Shown here: one piece after another, positions 59,704 to 64,000 of the stretch | How positions within the stretch are numbered: position 1 is the first letter of the stretch | Layout: each line of letters opens with the position of its first letter | Source: Ostreococcus lucimarinus | Taxonomy: Eukaryota | Assembly (NCBI GenBank): GCA_000092065.1 | Contig: CP000581.1 | DNA: 64,000 nucleotides | Strand: one strand, 5' to 3' | The notes under the pieces: model-generated | Database searches by the model: none | What the model was told of the DNA's origin: nothing | What the model saw: only the letters and a program-made list of their open reading frames with translations | Made by a program: the position numbers and the translations under genes

Positions 59704-60339
59704 ATGCCTGGTATTCTCCATGGTCGTTCGATTCCCGTCATCGCCGCTCTTTGGACGTTCACGCTCGTTCTCCTCGTTCGTGGGACTCGAACTGAAGGAT
59801 CTGGGTTCATCGATTGGGCGCGGTTGTGGGTGCTGTTCACGCGCATTAACCCGTACTTCTTCTCTGCCATGGGCATCGCCGCCGCGGTCGGACTAAGCGT
59901 GGCCGGTGCGGCGTGGGGGATCTTCATTACGGGCAGCAGCTTGCTCGGCGCCGCGGTGCACACGCCGCGCATCACGAGCAAAAACTTGATCAGTGTCATT
60001 TTTTGTGAAGCAGTCGCAATTTACGGCGTAATCATCGCCATCATTCTCAGCACAAAGCTCGAGTACGTTCCCAGCGATCCCGACACTGGGGCGTTTCACA
60101 GAACGACAATGATGGCTGGGTACGCCGTATTCGCGAGTGGGTTGACGTGCGGTTTGGCGAATTTGGTGTGCGGTATATGCGTCGGTGTAGTCGGTAGCTC
60201 ATGCGCGCTCGCAGACGCGGCAAACCCCACGTTATTCGTGAAAATTTTAGTGATTGAAATTTTCGGTAGTGCGCTCGGGTTGTTCGGCGTCATCGTGGCC
60301 ATTATTCTTAGTTCCAACGCCGTGTTTGAAAAGGTTTGA
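59704..60339 (+). CDS. VHA-c'': V-type H+-ATPase proteolipid subunit c''
   Basis: There are five hydrophobic helices with repeated proteolipid motifs ('AMGIAAAVGLSVAGAAWGI', 'VIFCEAVAIYGVIIAI', 'EIFGSALGLFGVIVAI'). The start is trimmed to 'MPGILHG'. Confidence 0.8.
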   Translation: MPGILHGRSIPVIAALWTFTLVLLVRGTRTEGSGFIDWARLWVLFTRINPYFFSAMGIAAAVGLSVAGAAWGIFITGSSLLGAAVHTPRITSKNLISVIFCEAVAIYGVIIAIILSTKLEYVPSDPDTGAFHRTTMMAGYAVFASGLTCGLANLVCGICVGVVGSSCALADAANPTLFVKILVIEIFGSALGLFGVIVAIILSSNAVFEKV

Positions 60340-60424
60340 CGCGACTGTATCAATTGTAGCCGTTCTAGCGCATAGCATTGTTCAACTAAAACGATTGAGT
60401 GATATTCAATGACTTATTGCTATG

Positions 60425-61189
60425 CTAATCTCCTTTTGAGAACGTGGCTTTGATGAGACTTTTCTTCCGCCTACTGTCCAGAGCGAAAGCGGCGATCAAG
60501 TCGCTCCGTCGCAAACGAGCGCGAGCAATTCTTCCATCTTTGTACACGTGAGGAACGCGCACCGCTTCCTTGCCCTTTTCGAACAGAATCAAAGTAGGCA
60601 ACTGCTTGCTCGTCCCAGCAACGTTAATGCCGTATTCTTCCCCAGTCTTAGGCCATCTCATGAGATCAAATTTGGCAAACTTGAGGTCAGCGGTGGTGTA
60701 CTTGCAGCTCAGGTCTGCAAACGTAGGTTCCAAGCTCACGCAAGGCGGTGACCAAGATGCGTAGAACTCCACCAGCCAAGCGACGTTCTTGTCTGTATCA
60801 TCAGGCTCGAGCACTAGTCGCTTGAGTGTCGCAGGATTTAACCATTCGATGCGACTTGGTCCCTTGTACTCGGGCCGTCGCACGTACAGAAACAGCATTG
60901 CATACGCCACGCAATACCAGCTGAAGATACGCTGATCCATCATCCAAGACAGTAGTAAGATGCCAGATTTGGTGAACATGAACATGTCCGACACAAAGGA
61001 GTCGATGTTGACCTTACGAATGAATTTTGCCAGAGCCATAGCGCCCAAAGTCGTCAAGGTTTGCTTTTCCCAGCCGTCGAGCATCGTCACCGCGCTCGCG
61101 TACTCGTGACGGGCCCATAACGAGAACAGAGGGTAGGTGAGGATGACGGCAGTGTTCAAGATGTAGTAAGCGCTGATGAAACGCGACAT
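60425..61189 (-). CDS. thioredoxin-related transmembrane protein (TMX2-like)
   Basis: There are N-terminal TM helices and a thioredoxin fold with an atypical active site, 'WLVEFYASWSPPC'. Confidence 0.55.
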   Translation of the reverse strand: MSRFISAYYILNTAVILTYPLFSLWARHEYASAVTMLDGWEKQTLTTLGAMALAKFIRKVNIDSFVSDMFMFTKSGILLLSWMMDQRIFSWYCVAYAMLFLYVRRPEYKGPSRIEWLNPATLKRLVLEPDDTDKNVAWLVEFYASWSPPCVSLEPTFADLSCKYTTADLKFAKFDLMRWPKTGEEYGINVAGTSKQLPTLILFEKGKEAVRVPHVYKDGRIARARLRRSDLIAAFALDSRRKKSLIKATFSKGD

Positions 61190-61391
61190 TGGACGACGAC
61201 GAAGGGGCGCAACGCGAAGTGAACCACAATCTCACTTTTCGAGGCTGAAAAAGTGTCACCTCCTTGCAAAGATTTTGCGCATTCGCTCATGTCGAAGGGA
61301 AACGGCTGAACGTATGTGCCACTGTGACGGAAAAATTCATTGCTCTAATTTCTAATCGCGTGTTGTTACAAATTGCGGTGTGTCGTGCGCC

Positions 61392-62654
61392 TCATGTCAT
61401 GCCCCAGTCTTCGTCGTCGTCACTATCGTCGTTTGAACCAGTCTCGCCGAGACTTGCGACGGCACTTTCTTCAGTTTCTTTATTCTCAGCGGCGTAGGGC
61501 TGCTTAAGTTTTGTCCACTCGTCTTTTGCAAGACTCGAGTCGGAATCAAATCCCTCTTCATCCGTTGCGAGGGACGAAATTCGCTGGTGCGAAACCGCAG
61601 TGACGGCCGCGCTTGACGGTTGCAGGTTTTCTTGTGGTGAATCGTCTGGTAAATCGGGGAGAGCCTGCTTCTCGAATTCTATTTCTAGTTCATACAATTT
61701 GAAGAAGTACCGACGCCAGAACGTGTCCTCGTCTACAATTGTAGGCACGATTCGCGCAAAAAGTTCCTTCATAAAGTTGTTCGCATTCAAAGTCGTCAAT
61801 ATATCCTGACCATGCCCTGCCATCGTAAAACTTTCGCTGAAATGCTCAAACAGTTTCACATTTTTTGGATCATCGCAATACGTTCCCGAATCTCGCTGAA
61901 TTGCTTGCACACGAATTGCAAACTCGTCTCGCCCGCGTTTCGGTGTCTTGCCCGAGTCTTTCACTGCAAACGCATCTCTAGTCTCTTTGATCACTTCTTT
62001 CGTCTCTTTGATGGCGTCTCGAGTCGTCTCTTTGACTTGATTGATTAGCTTGCCTGCTCCTACAAACATTTTTTGTCCCAAAAGCTCAATCTTTTCCCCA
62101 ACTTGCTCAAATTTTTCCTGCACTTCGAGCGCGATGTCCTCGTCGCCCACATCCTCGTCGCCGGCGCCGGGAATCATCACATCTTCTCCAGTATACACGA
62201 CTCTACCGTTCGATGATGTAGCGGTCGTATCCGCATCAATGTCGCTGACCTCATCCTCGTCCACGTCGTCGTCCCCGAACGTCGCAAAGTCCTCCCGCAC
62301 TTGTTCCTTGATATCCTTCAGTCCCTCGGACAGCTCCTTACCGACGCCCTTGGACACGTCTTTTAACTTTGCCAGCGTCGAACGACCGAAAGTAAACGCA
62401 GTGTTCATCAACTCGTCGAGTTCGTCCGCATCGTCGCCCTCGTGAGCGTCGTCAGGTCCAGAGATTTCTCCAGCGTCGGAGGCACCACCGCCTTGCCGCG
62501 TGCCGCGCGCGACGTCGTCCGAATCACCGTCGGAATCCGAATCCGAACCCACCAACGCGTCCCCGACAACGTCTCCGACGCGACGAAGGAAATCCATCAC
62601 CACCGGTGGACAGCGCGCGCGCGAGTGACGGATACGTCGATTTCGAGGAGACAT
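61392..62654 (-). CDS. BSD-domain protein
   Basis: 'EDTFWRRYFFKLYELE' is the BSD-domain FW/YFF signature. The N- and C-termini are acidic and low-complexity. Confidence 0.6.
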   Translation of the reverse strand: MSPRNRRIRHSRARCPPVVMDFLRRVGDVVGDALVGSDSDSDGDSDDVARGTRQGGGASDAGEISGPDDAHEGDDADELDELMNTAFTFGRSTLAKLKDVSKGVGKELSEGLKDIKEQVREDFATFGDDDVDEDEVSDIDADTTATSSNGRVVYTGEDVMIPGAGDEDVGDEDIALEVQEKFEQVGEKIELLGQKMFVGAGKLINQVKETTRDAIKETKEVIKETRDAFAVKDSGKTPKRGRDEFAIRVQAIQRDSGTYCDDPKNVKLFEHFSESFTMAGHGQDILTTLNANNFMKELFARIVPTIVDEDTFWRRYFFKLYELEIEFEKQALPDLPDDSPQENLQPSSAAVTAVSHQRISSLATDEEGFDSDSSLAKDEWTKLKQPYAAENKETEESAVASLGETGSNDDSDDDEDWGMT

Positions 62655-62768
62655 ATGTGAGTCGCGGAGTCGCGGAGTCGAGGAGACAGTGTCGCACGAA
62701 GCGGCGCGAAGCGAGCACTAATGTAATACGATAATAATAACTAATAGAATCACACTAATTCTACAACA

Positions 62769-63710
62769 TCAACCGCGGAAGCCAAACGATGAAAGCCCTT
62801 GTAAGATGCCGAGTGCTTCGCGCTCCGTCGCGAGAAAGACGCGGTCGACCGCGAGCTCGCCCTTTGCCACGCGATCATTCGCCCATTCGCGAAGCTCCGA
62901 CTCAGCATTTCCTACTATGATACATCTCGTCTGCCCCGATAACATTAAGATATCGTTCCCGCTGTCCCCACAGGCCACGGTCTCTAGAAGTTCAAAGCCT
63001 AACTGTTTTCGCACGTATTCCAAGCTTTCTAATTTCCCCGCCCCCGCGCTCACGCAGTCCACGAACTTCCAACCGCCCGAACCGCTGATGATGATCTTAT
63101 ATTCTAATCCGTTCGACTCGCACGCGCTTCGTATGGTATCCTCCACTACATTCACGAGCTCATCCTTCACTCCCACCGTGACTTTGTGTCTGTTCTGTTC
63201 ATCTGCAGGTCGAAAGTGCGCATTGTCATCGCCGCACGCATCGATCGCTCCTCGTGCCGCCGCCGTAACGACATCACAGCACCAGTTGACGTCTAGTGCC
63301 GCCGTCCACTCGGCGTCTTCGACCCATGGGCGCGAAACGTCGCCGCTCGGTTGAAACACTTTTGTGCCTACTGCGCAGATGAGGCCATCCGGCTCAACCA
63401 TGACTTGCGATTTCGTCTCGATAAGCTTGGTGAACGACTCAAGCGATCGTCCGGTGGAGTACACGAGCTTAGACCCAGGAGGTTTTGCGCTCGATTCCCA
63501 AAATTCTCGGAACGAGCGCGTGTATTCGTCGTTCCCAACCATGGTGCCATCGAGATCGGAGACAATCAAAACGGGTGTTTGAGCCGATTTATCGACCGAC
63601 GTCGACGCTGCGGCGGCACGCACGCCGCGAGATCGACAGACAACAATATTTGACGCGTGATTGGCGCGCGCTAGGCGCGTGGGAGCGATCGAAGCTGCGC
63701 CGAGTCGCAT
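62769..63710 (-). CDS. SPP: sucrose-6F-phosphate phosphohydrolase (sucrose-phosphatase)-like HAD protein
   Basis: HAD motif I 'LIVSDLDGTMVGNDE' resembles the SPP N-terminus. 'GDSGNDILM' is motif IV. Confidence 0.65.
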   Translation of the reverse strand: MRLGAASIAPTRLARANHASNIVVCRSRGVRAAAASTSVDKSAQTPVLIVSDLDGTMVGNDEYTRSFREFWESSAKPPGSKLVYSTGRSLESFTKLIETKSQVMVEPDGLICAVGTKVFQPSGDVSRPWVEDAEWTAALDVNWCCDVVTAAARGAIDACGDDNAHFRPADEQNRHKVTVGVKDELVNVVEDTIRSACESNGLEYKIIISGSGGWKFVDCVSAGAGKLESLEYVRKQLGFELLETVACGDSGNDILMLSGQTRCIIVGNAESELREWANDRVAKGELAVDRVFLATEREALGILQGLSSFGFRG

Positions 63711-63831
63711 GTCGAGTTATGTGGATACCGTAGACCCGTACGTTTCGGTGTCAACTTTTCGTCAAAAAATTCTACAGCATCGTTCTATATGAGGATATCT
63801 ATCGGGCGCAAGTCATAAACACATCATTCTC

Positions 63832-64000
63832 TCACGCCGTCTTCGCCGCCGCGCGCTTCGCCTTGATGTCAGCCACCGCGGATCGAATCGCATCCTCGGC
63901 GAGCATCGAACAGTGCAACTTCACCGGCGGCAAGTTCAAATGTTTCGCTATGTCCTGATTCTTGATCGTCACCGCCTCATCTACGTGCGTGCCTTTGATC
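63832..64000 (-). CDS. ISCU: iron-sulfur cluster scaffold ISCU/Isu1 (C-terminal part; the gene continues beyond the window)
   Basis: Reverse-strand translation gives '...IKGTHVDEAVTIKNQDIAKHLNLPPVKLHCSMLAEDAIRSAVADIKAKRAAAKTA*', which contains the conserved 'LPPVKLHCSMLAEDAI' motif. Confidence 0.75.
   Translation of the reverse strand, partial: IKGTHVDEAVTIKNQDIAKHLNLPPVKLHCSMLAEDAIRSAVADIKAKRAAAKTA

Noticed and set aside
1-64000. CRISPR arrays, prokaryotic defence islands, transposons/integrases, rRNA
   Set aside because: No direct-repeat/spacer architecture is present. All repeats are tri- and hexanucleotide microsatellites or short tandem duplications. There are no transposase, RT or integrase-like ORFs. 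The sequence is clearly eukaryotic nuclear.

Overview
This window is eukaryotic nuclear DNA, not prokaryotic. It is GC-rich, with strongly GC3-biased codons, and very gene-dense at roughly one gene per 1.5 kb. Most genes are intronless, but there are clear spliceosomal GT-AG introns, a Pol III tRNA gene with an intron and an oligo-T terminator, and a PTS1 (SKL) peroxisomal signal. The gene content points to a green picoalga of the Mamiellophyceae type (Micromonas/Ostreococcus-like): sucrose-phosphatase, fibrillin, CbbY-like HAD phosphatase, nuclear Ycf66, a type-B GARP response regulator, and TGTAA motifs just after stop codons. That assignment is inference from content only; no search was run. 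I call about 43 protein-coding genes and one tRNA. Recognisable genes include acyl-CoA oxidase, a single-chain LCB2-LCB1 serine palmitoyltransferase, Mago nashi, tRNase Z, an E-Syt-like SMP/C2 protein, a large WD40 protein, NDOR1/Tah18, condensin CAP-H, a CDK11/CDKG-like kinase, a DEAH helicase, SF3A1, CHIP, V-ATPase c'', TMX2, a BSD protein and a partial ISCU at the 3' edge. There are no CRISPR arrays, transposons or rRNAs. The provided ORF track reports GTG/TTG codons as M, and many long Arg/Ala/Ser-rich ORFs are wrong-frame or antisense artefacts of the GC-rich sequence, so I trimmed several starts. The most interesting items are: the SPT fusion carrying an unassigned C-terminal polytopic membrane domain of about 400 aa; a tRNA-Val(AAC) gene with a 110-nt intron; an intron-rich CATCHR-like gene among intronless neighbours; a cluster of E2F-like sites in the divergent promoter upstream of condensin H; a large orphan protein at 32370-34979; and a 7.6-kb cluster of splicing genes.
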